DNA of 64,000 nt from Tubiluchus corallicola (lineage: Eukaryota > Animalia > Priapulida), in contig JAQGDQ010000217.1 of the NCBI GenBank assembly GCA_030141605.1, forward strand, positions 309,383 through 373,382, written 5' to 3'. The notes under the pieces are model-generated. The model saw only the letters and a list, made by a program, of their open reading frames with translations, ran no database searches and had not been told where the DNA came from. The position numbers and the translations under genes were made by a program. Shown piece after piece: positions 39,453 through 55,300 of the stretch. The number at the start of each line of letters is the position of its first letter. The stretch's first letter is position 1.

Positions 39453-40129
39453 TTCTTGTCGTTTTTAGTTTGTACTATTTGTCCAAATTTGGACTAATTA
39501 GGAATTAAATTTGTACCATAATTAGAGGGTGCTGTGTATATGAAACAAAGTTTCTATTTGCATTCACCTCTTGCGATCTGCAAAGATTTTCAGAATCTGA
39601 ATCTGAACGCTGCTACCGATATATCTTACAAATATTTCAATTAAAAATGATCCTACTTATCTATATGGCTGAGTATTCTTCCCAACTGAACATTTTCTTT
39701 AACCTAGGGCCATAAAACATATGTTGTCTAATTGTCTATACTATGTAGGCCTACGTGTTTTTAAATTGCATAGAACAAAGGCGTAACAAGATCACCGCAC
39801 ACTGCAGCATTTGTATGTTGAACAAAACCAATGAAACGTTGTAAATAAGTAATTAGAGTTTATTATCTTGCATTCTAGCCTCTGTCTAGTAAATTTTGGC
39901 CGTCTTTCCCCCATGGGACAATAATGGTGTAACCCTAATTAGTAGACCATATAGACCAGGCGACGCATTCTGCTGAGCGTGCTTAGTTACAAACAAACAA
40001 ATGAGAGCCCCAGGAATGTGCAGAGTTGGAAGTTTTACACATGACCCTCATTAACGCCTTTCTGCACAGAAACAAACTTGAACATTGGGAACGTGTAATA
40101 AGTCTGGCGAAGATTTCAATCAAACTTAG

Positions 40130-40311
40130 GTAAGTACAGTTTTACACTTCTTCTTTGTTTATCCCCTTTTCTTTTTCTCCTTCATTTTTCACATAGCTTC
40201 TCTCTTTCGTTTTACCGTATTGTGTACTTCGATGTTCTTTTTGCTCGCTGCTCTGTCGGGAGTATGCACAAGTACTTTCTTTTAATAATGTCATGAGTTT
40301 TCTTTTTCTAG
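40130..40311 (+). other. Probable 5'UTR intron of gene C
   Basis: Perfect donor AG|GTAAGT at 40130 and pyrimidine-rich acceptor TTTTTCTAG ending at 40311, 8 nt before the ATG. The upstream exon has an in-frame TAA and no intervening ATG. Confidence 0.6.
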
Positions 40312-40319
40312 GTTTCACA

Positions 40320-43300
40320 ATGTCACTGGGTGGAAAATCCGGCGTGATTATTGCTGTCGTCGTTGGGTTCACTTGCGTTGTCGTTGGTGTTCTAATTGGT
40401 TATTTTTCACGTAAACCCGATGCTACTGACCCAGCTTACCTGGCTGCAGTTGCTGAAGCAAACACTGATTTATCACAAAAGCTGATAGATGAAGTAGATA
40501 AAGAAAATATCAGGTTGAACCATAGGTGAGCTTAAACTTGCAGGATAGGTAACTGTATTTTCGCGTTTAATAATATGCCCAGGTGAGAGAAACAGAATAA
40601 CAATCATGGCTGTTTTATTTGTTCACTTTTTTAATTGCTTTGTTTCAATTGTGTTCATGCTTCAGTTTTATTCATTCATGTACAAAAATCAGTTTAGTCG
40701 CATGATTATAGAACGTTTTACCAAATTTCATCACTCACAATTTATAGTACTATTCAGAGTCTGCCCAGTGTTTTTTTAAGATACTATACACTTAGTGTAC
40801 TACTTTTGTTTATTTTATGGTGTGTCATCGAAAGCAAAATATATACCAAGGGTGAAAAAGTATTATGTTACCTGTGTTATCAATGCTAAAATCGGATTCT
40901 AACAACTAACAGCAAAAATATGTTGCTGCCTTTATTTAACGTTTTTTGTTGTAATACGTGATTCTGGTCTATTTGTATTTTTTACCTATGGTGTTCATTA
41001 CAGGCCTGTATAATGACTGCACATGCCTAATAACTAACAAGTAGCAGTCTGCTAATTAGCTTAAAAGTTATGACACTATGTACAATGCTAGAACTCATCA
41101 AGACGATTAATTTTGGATATGGGGTCAGTCAAAAGTCCTCAAATATAGTTGCCATTTTCAAGATGGCTGTAGCTAGCATATTAAGGTCTCATTTTTGCTG
41201 AGAGTATATAAGATTTTGATTTTGGTGTACAAGTGTAATTTTTAAGATTGAGGAATACACTTCTGATACTTAAAATGGCATATTAAAATAAGAACACATA
41301 TGGCAGTTCTTATTTAGGATTTAAGATGGTTGCCAAGATATCTGTAGCCTTTTATGTAATATATTAGCTATAATGTACGTTTTACCGGAGATAGGACGAT
41401 GATTTAATGTCTAAATATAGGTTTTCAGATTACGGATTTAAGATAGTAAGCCTATTATTATTCATAGCCGTAACAGTATCAACAATATCACATGCAACAA
41501 CGTAGGGTCTGATAAAGAAGGCAGCAAAAAAAACATACGGTTCAAATCAGAATTTAAAGTCCTGATTTTTCATTCACAATATTACACCACATTTGCATGG
41601 AGCTGTACAAAAAACACTTGCTTGGACATATATACATCTGCCAAAGAACCCTTTGGTTGTCTGTTCAACAACAATTTTTGTAAGTACTGACATGCTTTAA
41701 ATCTTAATTGCAAAGTGGGTCCCATGTCACGTCAGTGAACTTCTACCAGTTCAAGTCAAATGATAAAGTGATGACAAAGTTGAGACTGTTATAAATGCCT
41801 GGCCTAACAGTATCTTCCCTGATGCATCTAACACATATTTGGTGTGCTCCAACAGTGCGGCTAACTGATATTGAAGGAATTGCCTTCATTGACCTTCTTC
41901 TTGTGAATAACTCTTTACCTGCTTTACTTGTCAAATTACATTAATGTGCTAGCTTTGTCATAAAGGAGTGTAATAAAATGTTCATGCACTGGCAGCTGCT
42001 CAGCTCTAGTAGTAAATATACAATATGCTCTTGTTACTGCCTTAAATGCCATGTGAGCCAAACCATCATTTTCTCATCTCTTTAATTGTTGGAGTCTGGC
42101 TTGGAATGCTGATAGAGTTGATGTTTCAGAGCCCGTAGCATTTACAATTTCATGTGACCTAAGATAGGCCTTTATAAGCTAGCGACAGCCATTCTTCTGG
42201 CTTTCTTGAATATGGTGACCATATTAGCACTCCCCTAAATCCTTGACTTTAAAGACTATATATATATATAAAATGCTTAAATTTTATATGCATGTATATA
42301 GATGTATATCTATATATATATATATAATGTATGTGTGTGTGTGTGTATGCGTATGCGTGTGTGTAGTAAATAGATATTAAACTCATTATCCTATTTGTCT
42401 TAGATCAGCCATCTTGAAAACTTAACTGAGGTAATGTTATAAATGTCATAAGTGTTTTAAGCATCAAATATGGATTCCTTGACTTTGAAGACGTATATTT
42501 AGGCATCGTCATCTAAGCTAAGATAGATGAACTAAAAACTAGCAACAGCCACCTTGTTAGCCATCTTGAACTGGTGATCATATTAGATGATTTTTGATTA
42601 GCCTCATGTGCAGAGTTTTGTAACTTTTAGGCGAAAGGAGAAAATTCTTCACCATTCTGTTACTCTACGTTGGGATTACAGTCGTCCTTTTTGTTTTTTT
42701 GCTTATTGGATTGTTCAAAGCGTTTTGTTTCCTTTTAGGGGTATAGTAGATTTAGATTTAGATTTAGATTCGCGAATTGATTAAAACAACTGTTTTTTGT
42801 TTTTATAATAATAGATCTTTAGGAGAAATAGCTAGTATAAATGTGTGATCTGCTTAATTTCTTTTTTATGTGGCATCCATTTTTGAAATAAATGTAGCAG
42901 AAGCGGATTCCTTAGGTCAGACATCTCTGTAATAGATATATTAATCACCTCTTAATTTTAATTTTATGTTTTTTTTCTGATTTATATTTTTTGTGCAAAA
43001 AATTAGTGGCCATTAGTACTTTTTAGTCATTTCAAAAGCAAGCTTTGCAATAACTCGATGATAATCTATTTGTACATTGTGTCACATTCACATCATTTTG
43101 CCTTTAGATTTTCTGTTAATTTCGTTTTACAAATAAGCACATTTTATGAAGGGTCACCAGCATGGCAAGCAAGCAAGAGACATTTAACATGATGATAATT
43201 ATTGCAGTACCAGGTGCCTGGTAATTAAATTTGTAACAGTAGCATAAGAGAATTAAACTTTGTGCATATAGTGTAGTTGTAGTTGTTTATGTACATTGGG

Positions 43301-46300
43301 AGTTAAAGGAAGTGTGAATTTTTTCGTATAATTTTCGTTGCCAGATGGCAGCACTTTGCAGCAGTTAGCTTAAAGAGTTCAATATGCGCACAACAGTTGG
43401 GCGTATTTATAACCTGTACTCCACAATAATTAAAAAGATTGCGCAAAAGCTTTTCCATGCGGTAAAAAAAGTTTAGTTATCGTAAATTCTGAAAAACGCT
43501 TATCATGGTAAAGTAAACTTTCAACAGACTGATTTGTGAACAAAAATTGGTGTCCTCCTGCAGCACTTATATTGTTTTATACGCTAGTACAAAGACATAC
43601 ATACCTCATCAAGACGGAATAGTAATTTTGTTGTATTGTTATTTCCAGTTATTCAATTATTTTAACAATGGGTAAACATAATAACGACCTATTTTTGTAT
43701 GCTAACTCCAGCTGAACTAATAGTGAACTTATAGAAACTGCTCGTTTCTTGCTTCTATAAATGATGGGAAATAATGGTCTTACAAATAACTTTTTTACTG
43801 TTTCGTGTACGTCAGATTGCTTTCATCTGTCAGAGATGTTGATGATCTCTATATAGGTCTGTGTTTTTGTATTCTGAAATGCTATAAATGTGTAAACGTT
43901 TTGACAGTAATCTGGGCATGTACAAGCTTATGTATACCATATTCATTTCACAATAATTGTTACCAGCTTGGTAAGATGTACTTGTCATGTAGCGACTAAG
44001 CATAATATGTGTAAACAAAACCCACATAGCACAGCTGGTCACCATTGCATAATAATACTTATATTCGAAATGAGTGAAGTTTTCAGAATAAGAGAAGTTT
44101 TTTAAAAGTTGTATACCAGATAACTTTAAACTATAATTTTTACAATAAAAAATACATTTATATACATATACATATACATTTATAAAAAAACTTTGTACAT
44201 TATGTTACAGACTTATGGCTTCTGAACCGCATATGGCTGGGACAGAGCAGGATAAAGTTCTGGCAGAGAAGATCAGGCAGACATGGCTTCTACAAGGTCT
44301 GGACTGGGTAAAATTTACTCCCTACACAGTCATGCTGAATTATCCTGATGCCAGCAAACCTAAAAATCAGGTAAATCTGGCATGTCAGACTATTTGATAA
44401 GGTATAGCAGTAAATTTCTAATAAAGTGCATCAGAAAGTGCAAAATGCATCTGTGGGGTTGCATGTGATCTAGCCTTCTTAAGATGCATGGAATATTACA
44501 TGTGAAAAAACAGTGAGCAAGCTGTCGGGTGGATTATGGATGTGTGAAAGAGAGATGAATGAATAAATGTCAAAAAAGTGAATGAGTAAGTTTCCATGAT
44601 AATCTAATACATGACAGTTAATGGTAATTGGTGAAATGTCAAGATATCGTGCAACAATTAGTACAAAATTTACTATAGATATGAGCTTTAATAATTCAAT
44701 ATTTGCACTTTTTTAGATTCAGGTAATACGCAGGAGCACAGGTGAAGTTCTTTATGAAACACAGACTGATGAGCCACCGCTGCCGTCAGATGCAGATGTG
44801 TCCAGAGTAGTACCTCCTTTCAATGCTTATTCAGCATCCCAGTCACAGGTATATTCAGTTTTTTTAATTTAAGCAGATTCTTAGGATTAAAAAAATTATG
44901 AAAAAATTGTGTTTTATTGTTCTTCTCAGAAAAATATAAGCCCATTTTTTTGTACAAGCAAAAGCAAAGCTTAACAGAAGTTTTAAATTGTAAATGATTA
45001 AATTTGTGAACAAAGAATTGTGTTTGTCTCCACATGACTGAACATAAGTGCTTCCCTCAGTCAAGTTTTTGCCATTCAATTTTTGCCTTTCAATTTTGGC
45101 CATTCTTGTTTGTAAACATTTGCAGCTTGACTTGAACATCTGTAACAATTATTTTTACCATTTCATTTAATGTTATTATGCTAAACTTCTTGCCAGCAAT
45201 TTTCTTGAGCTTATGAAGTTTTACATAATTGCTGCATGATCAATTTGACTTTAATTTGCCTGTCTGTTAAGGCTTTTTAAGTACAAAATGCTTATTATTT
45301 AACTCATTAAGTAATAAATAATAAATAAATTGATAAATTGCAAAATTCATCATTATAATTACAACAAATTTTACATCATTATGTAATAGTTTTTGCCATC
45401 ATTATGTAACAGAAATGATGCCTTTTGCAGCAAACTAATACAGGGTTGGTCGTGGTCTGTGGATGGGCCTAGTCACCATCCGAGTTAGCTCTAATTATTT
45501 GACTCGATCTGATTGTGGCTGATCTGTCTGTTGTGGTTGTTAGAGGTGTTTGAAGCTATGGTGTGGGTATCGAGATCTAGCATGGATATGTATGTACATA
45601 AATGCCTTTTACTTCAATTATTATTAGACCCAATTTGTAAAACTGTAGCTTGCTTTTTCAGGATGATGCAAACTTTGAAGTTGTTTACGCCAACTATGGC
45701 CGAGTTGAAGATTTCGAACATCTTGCTACAATACGTGGTCTGAACTTGGTGAACAAGGTCTTCCTGATCCGGTATGGTCACATTTTTAGAGGTTCCAAGG
45801 TACGAGAAGCTATGAAAGTAGGTGGAAAGGGTGTGATATTTTATTCTGATCCAGCTGATTATGCACAAGATGGTCCAGAAAGTGTCTACCCTAACACGTG
45901 GTGGATGCCGGATGTAGGAGTTCAGCGTGGAACACTGAGTAAGTTTTCTTTAATATGCAATACGTTGTGTGTTACTGTGTCTTAATAAAGTGCATGTTTT
46001 GAAAGCATTGTGCAGTTTGTACTTTTATTTTTCTCTTATTCAGCTATTGTATAGTATTAAATTTTTACTGAGGAAACATTTTGTAACAAGTGAACCAGGT
46101 GGTAGAACAGACAAGATCTTTTTCTTACAATAAAATATGGATTTACACCGAATTGAATAGCAATAGTGAATTCAAAATTTCAGTTTGTTCACACTGAGAC
46201 AGTTTGCTCATTTAGCTAATTTAATGACATAACTTATTTTAGCCATGTTACATAACTTTTATAATTTTATAATACCAAGCACAGTAATGTGTGTACCCTG

Positions 46301-49300
46301 GATATTTTTGCAAAAATGTTGATATACATTAATCTTTCAATCATTATTAATCTAATATATGAGCTTCATCGGCTAGGTAAGAAGATATGACCTCCAAACT
46401 AGAGTTATTGTCACAAGTGTTATTGTTACAAGAAAAATTGTAATGTTTTATGATAGCCCCTTTCTGCTAGGGTTCACTTGTAATTACTGTTAAACTATTT
46501 AAACAAAAGTACGTCCATTATTGCATATGGCTTGCAGCTATGTTGAGTAAGTAAAAGTTGCTAAAGCTAACACTACTACTAATTAGTTAAAGTAGAAACT
46601 ATTTTTCTGAAAGTTCTAAAGCGGTTTTTCACGCTTTTTTAGATTTGGGTGGTGATTATCTTACACCAGGCTACCCATCAAACGGTTTGTATAATTCTGT
46701 GTTTTTACAATACTTTTTGAACTTTAAAGTTAATTAATGTTTTATAGCAAAACAAATGTTTTGCAGTTTAAATCTTTCTATGGAGTTAAGAATTATTAAA
46801 TTTCATCATAGTGGGTGTTTGGAATATTGCATTGACATTACATAATACATATGCACAAGCTCGCAATATCATCATATGCAATTGTCAAACTAAAGTGGTA
46901 CTGTTTAATGGCTATTACCAGATATCCAGAAATACATTACATTAAATAATAGGAATGGCTGCAAAAAAATAACTCAATAATGCAGGTCTGATAAAAAGGT
47001 GCATTGAAAACAATATACTGTAAAGTGATGTCGCATAACACCTTCGGGACACCTGGTAGACTCTGTTTTTGTCTTTGCAGTCATATGTAAACACTATGAG
47101 GTGTCAATATGCAACATACCTTATACCTGCAATATACAAACATTAGGTGTCAGTCTGATAGGACAAAGTATTAGTTGCATCTGCCAACAGTGCAATAAAC
47201 ATATTTGACAAGATAAATATTGACTGCTAAAAGGCAATTAGGCTTGCCTGAAGAGGAGAACTTTTTTGGAACTTCCTCACATATATGAATATATATAGCC
47301 TGCATCTGCTGAATTGTAAGTTTGTATGCAAGGTATTGCAAAATTGTGAGCATGCAGAGCTTGTTTAAAATTTTTGTATCACTTACTTTTATAGTTTAGC
47401 TGTATCTCCTGCTACAGTGCGATTTCAAAATTTCACAAATTCATCAGCAATGTCTATATAGATTTAGGTCAGGTGTGTGTCTAAATCTGTTCAAATGAAA
47501 ATGCATACATTATCATCCATTATAAATGCTATAATTTTTTATGTAAGCATTATGCTTCTTTGTTTTTGTGTACACAGATGCAGGGTTTCGTATTGACGTG
47601 GACAAAGCGAACATGCCAAATATTCCAGTGCATCCTATTAGTTACAGAGATGCTTACAATATTTTAAGGTGTGCATTACACTCGTTATAAACGAAAAGTA
47701 CTTATAATCTACAATCATCTCTAAAAAAATTAAAGAAAAGTTTTCTTGATCATATTTAGGCCATGTCTGTTATCTATTGGCCTTCAGTGTCATTTTTCCT
47801 CAATTTAAGTTTAAGTCAGTTTTGTTTAGAGTAACTTTGAGATTTATCACGAACAAAATCATAGGTCATCCCGACAGTATATCCAGAAAAGGGATTAACA
47901 AGCAGAAACTCCAATGGCAATGGTGAGCATAGTTGGAGAATCCAAATCAGCTTAATATGAGAAATTCGAATGAGCCATCACATGCTGAAACCCAACACAG
48001 AGAAAAAAGTTTTATCGCTTCACCTTAGGGCAGATCCAGAATTGAAATAATTGCGCTAAAGTGTCAGGTTTTGTGACCTACGAAATATAACGTGCAGATA
48101 CTAGATGATTTTGGGTTTGCAAGGAAGGCCTTCAGTGACCTTGGGGCAAAGGCCAAATGTGGGAATCCTAGAACTTGCCAAAAGTGGCAAAAAATCAGCA
48201 TTTACTGGACAAAATTTATATTGAAAACCTTTTACTATTTTTAGCAGGAGGCACCCTAGATAATTATTGCTTTTTGCGTGCATATGATCTTATGTCAAAT
48301 GTCACAATGCCATGTTTGTGGCTTAAAATCTCTGTGGCTAAAACGTATTTGTATTTCATTCCTCTGCTAGTATTGTTTTAACTCTAAACATTGCAGTTTT
48401 GTTGAAAATCGATAATATTTCGGATATGTGGGGCTATTTAGGAGTGTAGATGGTTAGAGGTATTTATAAAAGTAATCACCTTGTAGCTGGCTTTTCCTTT
48501 TCACCAAAAAGCTGTAAATTGTCCTCCAAGAAAATCACCAAGTGCTACTAGGACATTTTTGCTACATTATGCTGTTCTAGCAATTAGCAAAAAAGGTTAT
48601 TTTTATAGTTGTTTCACCTCACCTAGCATTCCTAGAGAAGTACCGTGTAGGAAAAATGCATAGCAGCACTTGGTAGGGACTTGAAGGAAATTTATAGTTC
48701 CTTGGAAGAGGAAGAGGAGGAGAAACCTGGCTATACACTGATGTGCATATATTTTACAAATGTTTTAATCAGAATCAAGGATTACGAGTTAATTTGGGAA
48801 AAACAGTTGTTTGTGGATTACCATGTATAACGATATGTTTTAAGAGAGTACACTTGTGGACCCACCTTTATGTGCTCTGTTAATAAGCAGATTAAAATTC
48901 CGTTGTTACTTAAGGCCTAATTAAAATGATTTTTTATAATCTTTTATAATAGTTTAATTGGTGGCAGTGTTGATGTGCCAACTGAATGGCAAGGAGGCAT
49001 GAACTTCACCTACAAGATTCACAATGAAGCTTCTGATATGTGAGCACATTTGTTTCAATTCAGCTAACAAACAAAAAATTTGGCATTATCAATTATGACA
49101 ATACTGATTCTGTGTGATACATGCTGTTGTGTGTGACAGTTCTTTGTAGAATGTGCAATGCTTTGCAGAGCTTTATTGCCACTTGTGGCTGATGACTTCT
49201 GAAGCTGTTTTTGTATCATTGGCCCTATCACTTTAGCATCTTGTTTCATTTCTTACTTATCCACAATGCAAACAAGATAAGATAATGTGCAGAAAATATG

Positions 49301-52300
49301 ATTCTTTTTACTGTAGTCGAGCATGGGAATTTGAAAGTGAACAATGATATTACATTTGTGGTATAATCATGCTAACTCTGTGAACATTTGTTTTTCCAAG
49401 CCGCATTCGGATGTTTGTCCATAATAAGAATGTTCAGCAGGAAGTAAACAATGTTATTGGAGCTATACGTGGAGCAGTTGAGCCAGGTAATAGTTAAGGA
49501 TTTTATTAAACCATTGATCTTTTTGGATCCTTTTGTTTGATTAAACAAAAGCCACAGAGTGCACTGCTGAAATGAAGAAGTATGTTAACTACACTAACCA
49601 TTACTAAGACTGTGCAAATATTTAGGTCTACTGGTCAGACTTTCATGTATTTTAGTTCTCTTACAATAAGAAGCACAAACTTTGCGGAAAAAACCAAGCA
49701 AAAAGACCTTCCAAATTGGATTTTTGTTCTGTGTTTCTTGTGCAGCCTTAATTAGAAAGGTAAGGATAGAAAACAAGAATCTGGCTGGTGACATTTTGTT
49801 TAATATATACAGAGTCATCAAGACTGCTGATATGTGCTGCTCACATCAGTATGTTCTGCCATATTTTTCCTTATTTATTAAGCTCTTTCCACAATTTAGC
49901 ATCATCTGGAAGAAATGGTAAAGGACAGTGTTGTAGTTTTCATTGATGAAAGCTTGATGCAGCGACCTAAAAGCAGTTTGCAGCAATGTAGGCCCTACAT
50001 GATAGCTAACAGGGCTTAAACGCTGTTTATTGCAGGTTAGGATAAGCAGACAGACAAATAAATTAGGCTGTTTTGTGTTTTAGACAGATATGTTATTGTC
50101 GGCAATCACTACGATGCCTGGACCTTTGGTGGTGCTGATCCTTCGAGTGGTACTGCAGTTATGTTGGAATTGACACGAGTTCTTGGAAGGATGGTTAAAG
50201 ATGGGTGGAGGCCAAGGCGTACAATTTTGTTCTGTGCTTGGGCAGCCGAAGAGTTCGGACTCATGGGTTCTACAGAATGGGTGGAGGTCGGTGTTTTTTT
50301 ATGAAAAAAGTTTTAGTTAATAATTGCTAATTTGTGCCATTCACTACAAAATTTATGATTTATAAATAGCTATTCATTGCATAATTTCGTTGGTTCATTT
50401 ATCTTGTTAGCTTTTCATGCTTAGCACCACAGCACACTGCCTTCATCTCCATGTGCATACACCCTACCTAATGATGTCTCATTCTATTAGTTTCCACTAT
50501 GTTGATCATTCAGTCTGTTATTGCAATAGCTGAATGATCTTTGTGTGTCAGGTTATATAATTTTTTGTTACTCTCAATGCAAGCCTATGCATTTTTGACA
50601 TTAGAGCAGTTAATTGTTTGATATAATTATTATGAGACTATGTAAAAGTGCACTGAGAATAAGGAAGCCTTCAAAATAGTATGGATTTTTATAATGAAAT
50701 AAATCGTAAATATAGTAGTTTGTAGTTTATATTTTTGTTTGAGGCTATACTGAACCTCTTAAACCACAGGACTGGCATACTAAGGGATGAGTGACCCGAT
50801 TTATCACCAGTAGCATAACTTAACTTTGAGAGTACCCCTGCAATCTAATCTTGCAGGCTCTTAGTATTCAAAGTTAAAATTTTTGCAGCCTACAGGTATA
50901 CTACAGTTTTTAAAATCAGTTATGAAACTTCTGCAACTTGGCTTTAATTTTTTTTTTCTTAGTGTTGAGAAGGATGTCTGGATCACTTAATTGTTTATTT
51001 ACTTTGGTGGTTCACATAATTGTTTGTTTACTTTGGCTGCTTTCCTTCACAACCATAGGCCCCTCTAACCCATGGCTCCTTGCAACTGCGAGACCTGCTG
51101 ATGTATAATTAAGCTATTGGTTGTCACCTGAAGAATCAGCAGGCTGAGAGGTCAAGAAGCTATTAATATTTTACTGAGTCACAATTAGCTGTAAGACAAG
51201 TGAACGACTGCAGTCAACTAAATTCAAGGATTACATATCTGAAATCTTACTGAAATTGTTACAAGTTTTATTTTTTCAAATGACTACTTACTTTGCTTTA
51301 TTTTTGTATACCTATAGGAACACTGGAAGACCCTCTATGACAGAGCTGTAGCATATGTGAATGTGGACATAGCTGTGGAAGGTAAAATACAGTGTAAAGT
51401 TAACTATTACTGTGTCCTGGCACACAGAGCCGGTGCTAGGAAGTGCAGGGCCCGATTAGAAAATTGTTAGTGGGTCCCTTTACAGTTACAAAAGATGATG
51501 ATTGATGTTTTGTGCTTCGTCTCAGCTAAAAAATGTTGAGGGCTTGAAGCTCCACCATTAACCGCAACGATATACTAAAAACTGAAAACCCATAATGAAA
51601 GTTTTAATGTTTTATTACTAGTCATGATAACTTCTGACATTCTGTGGGTGCAGGGCCCAATTTGAACAAATCTGTCTAATTGGCTTAAAACCCGACCCTG
51701 CTGGCACATCTTCAGACAATGATGTGTTCAGAAAGCAAAAACATACAGTTACTACAAGGCTACCACATTTATAGTAGATGCAAAGCCTGAGTTCGTTTGT
51801 TGTTTATTTTGCAGGAAATTACACTTTGCAGGGAAAAGCTTTTCCATCCCTGTATAAGTTGCTATATGAGTCCACGAAAAAGGTATGTATCAAAAGCGGG
51901 GCAGTGTTTGCATGTGAAAATTCTTATATTAGCTACTGATTTTATGACTCTTTCTGATGTTGAGAAAGGATATAATATTATATTATACGCATCTTAAGAC
52001 ACCATACCAGTTTAAAATGTCATCCCTGAAAATTATTCATGATAATGAATTAAGTTCTAGTCTTACAACAACCAACTATGCAATAAGTATGCTTTTAGGC
52101 TCTTCTAATTGATGTCAAATTCTAGCTTGCATGCTGTTAAACTATATGTATGTAAAATGTTGACTAATGAATTCCATATTTTACAATGCTGTAAAAGTTT
52201 TTGCAAAGCTGTCTTACAGTTTTGTTGAGTTAAAGTGTTTTGTGGTGTAACTTCAGTGACTTGCATCTTTAGTAACCAACTACTGTGGTTAATGTAATTA

Positions 52301-55300
52301 TTTTCGAACATTAAATGTGTATTTTTATATTATTAAAGGTAATGCAGCCGCCTTCAACTAGGCTCAACAACAGTGTTCGTACAATGTATGATCAATGGTT
52401 GCTAGCTACACCAAAAGATGAAAGTGTGCAATTAAAGAATACTCAGCCATTGTATGTATATTTAGCTATACATTATTAGGTGTATATTTTGTATTTATTG
52501 TAATTTTATGTGCATCACTTTGCAGTGTTATATTCACATTGAAATGATTTGTGAACCTATTTCACTCATTTTAATTGTTTTACTCAGATACACTGATACA
52601 AATAATATATCTCCTACTTGCAATGTATCCAAAAAGAGCTTGTCTAGAGATGATTTGAATCCTATAAACATATGAAACCACCACCTACTAAATCAGAGTC
52701 TGAAAAAATCTGAGCCATGCCAGTTGAATCACGGTCAAAGACCAGATGACTCTTACAACTTAGCAGTCAAAGAAATGACAAAATAGGCTATTATTAACCA
52801 AGTTAGTGGCATTTTATAATGTTTTCATATTACATGATTTCCATTTTTTAACTATGCTAATTTAACCTTAGGTATGACATGCTTCATGTTGTGTTTGTAC
52901 AATACTGTTGTCCTGAAAAGGAGTTTACTTGGAAAAGCCTTTTCACAGTTCCAGCAATTGATGATGATCGTGGAAATGTCAAAGGTCAAGTGTACCAGAC
53001 AACACATTTGTGTACACATGACAAAGCCTCGTAGCCGAAACTATTGTAATATTAACGTTTTTAACAGCTAGCTAAGACCTTACCTAGTTCATTTTTCTTG
53101 TTTTCAAGCAAGATCCTGCTAGTAAATCACTCTACTCATAGACTTATGCATAATTAAGCAAAGTCCACAGAAAACAACTGATGGTACTGAACTAGTGTTT
53201 TACGTTACCCACATGTCACATTGTTGTGCTACACTTAAACTTTGATCTACAGCAACTGCGTGTGCGCACAATGAAACTATGAAAAGGATTATTGTGGTGT
53301 GTTAACAAATTAAATAATGTGATCATTGACGACAGGCTAGATGCAATTAGTTTTTCTTGTTATTAATACTGTTACTATTATTGACATCATTAGTAGTAAA
53401 TACGTAAACTCCACTTTTTTCCAGAATAAAAGATGTTGGCTCAGGAAGTGATTTCACCGCATTCACATATTTTGTTGGCATTCCAGCTTTCGACCTCAGA
53501 TACACATTTGACAAGGTTTTCTTCCACAATTTAGTTGCATGCAATTATATTAGAAAGTCACACGTTTGCCAATCTTTTAAATTATATCTTCTGGGAATAA
53601 TTAGTTCTGAAAAAAGAATGCACAGATTTACCAGAAACAAACATGATATTACTAAGCATAGTGTGGATAGGTTTCACCATTGTGCATGTAGCCATAGCGG
53701 CCTTGATGCAGACGAAAAGTGCATAGGCAAACTGTGAAGAGCCAAAGCTAACAGATGTGCCTTTTAGGTGCAAGAACTCAAATTTATGCAATCGAGGGTA
53801 AATTTGCAGACAATTGTGACATTCTGCTGATATTGTAATTGCCTGTATGTTTTTAGAGTTTTTACATTCCTTCAAATTTTATATTAGAGGTTGTCTCGAT
53901 ATAGAATTTACCAATACTATATTAGTACTATATACTGATCAAGTATTGTATTATTAATGGCACATGATTGTTTAGAGTAACAATATTATTGTAAGAACAA
54001 GATTATTTCGTTTGCTCATTAGTGGTTGCAAAATTTTTTCATATCACAGCTAAATGAACTGTTTTTGTCTAATTTGGTTGCAGAAGAAGTATCCCATTCC
54101 TGGCCTATATCCTTTATATCACACAGCGTATGAAAATGTACACATGATGAATGTGTTGATGGATCCAACATTCGAGGTACTTTCGTTATCAAGAGCGTAT
54201 TAGTTAGATCTGTCTGAGGACCATCTTTCTTATGCTGCATGTTGAAATGTACATTTGCAGGTAGTAATTTCTCACATAATGACTGGAAATAAGGGTAGCC
54301 TGTTCAAGTAAAAAAAACCAAGACATGCTGTGAAGTAAATGTGGTTAGATGAGGTCGTCCTTTTTCAGTTTTTATTGCTTGTATTTATGTATTATTTTCA
54401 ACTAAACATAAAGTGAAATCATTACGCATGACTACATATTTCGTTTTACATAAAATTACAAGGAATGGCTGAAGCTATTCCCACTACTACTTTCACTGCT
54501 CCTCTACCACCACTGTAATATTATAACCTGAAATCTGAAAAAATATGCAGAATTGTGGACTGTTTTTCATTTAGTTTTATATAATTCATTCATGTAATTT
54601 TCTGTTGTTTGGTTTTCAAAACTGATACTGAAAATTATGTTGTTATATACTTACAAAATTCTCTATTGCAATAATAATAATTTCACAGCATCATGCAGCA
54701 ATATGTCAGCTCATGCTGGAAATTGTACGGAGTTTATCAGATTCTCTCATCCTCCCTTACGACTTGGAAGCAGTCGCCACAATACTGCTCCATTCCGTGG
54801 ACGATCTCAACAATCAGTCACGAGTTAGTCTTCTCGACCATGGAATAGGACGAGGTAAATGTTTCCAAGAGAACTGGTACTTAAAGCCTATGTTAAACCA
54901 GAGTGTTCATTGTCTGATAGATAGATAGTAACTAATAAAACTTCGAAATACAGGTTGCGTAGAAAATTTACGTATTTACATATTAAAAGAATACTAGAAT
55001 GATAAATATGGTAAAATTATTTACAGGCCTGTCAAAATCATGTCTATTTTGGGGTATTATATTCCAGATCTGGCATCTGCATCCAGCATCTGGAAGCGAG
55101 AAACAACTTATATATTGTCAATGGCTGATAAAGCGAAAGACTTTTGCAGCAGATGCTGGAAACCAGACTCTTATATTTTCAGAGTACCTAGCATTTACCA
55201 TCTGTTTCTCAGCCATTCAGTAGTGACTGGCCCTGCTAATTATTATGCGAATAATTAACGTAAAAAAGAAACTTTAACTTTGATATCACCCATTCTGTAA

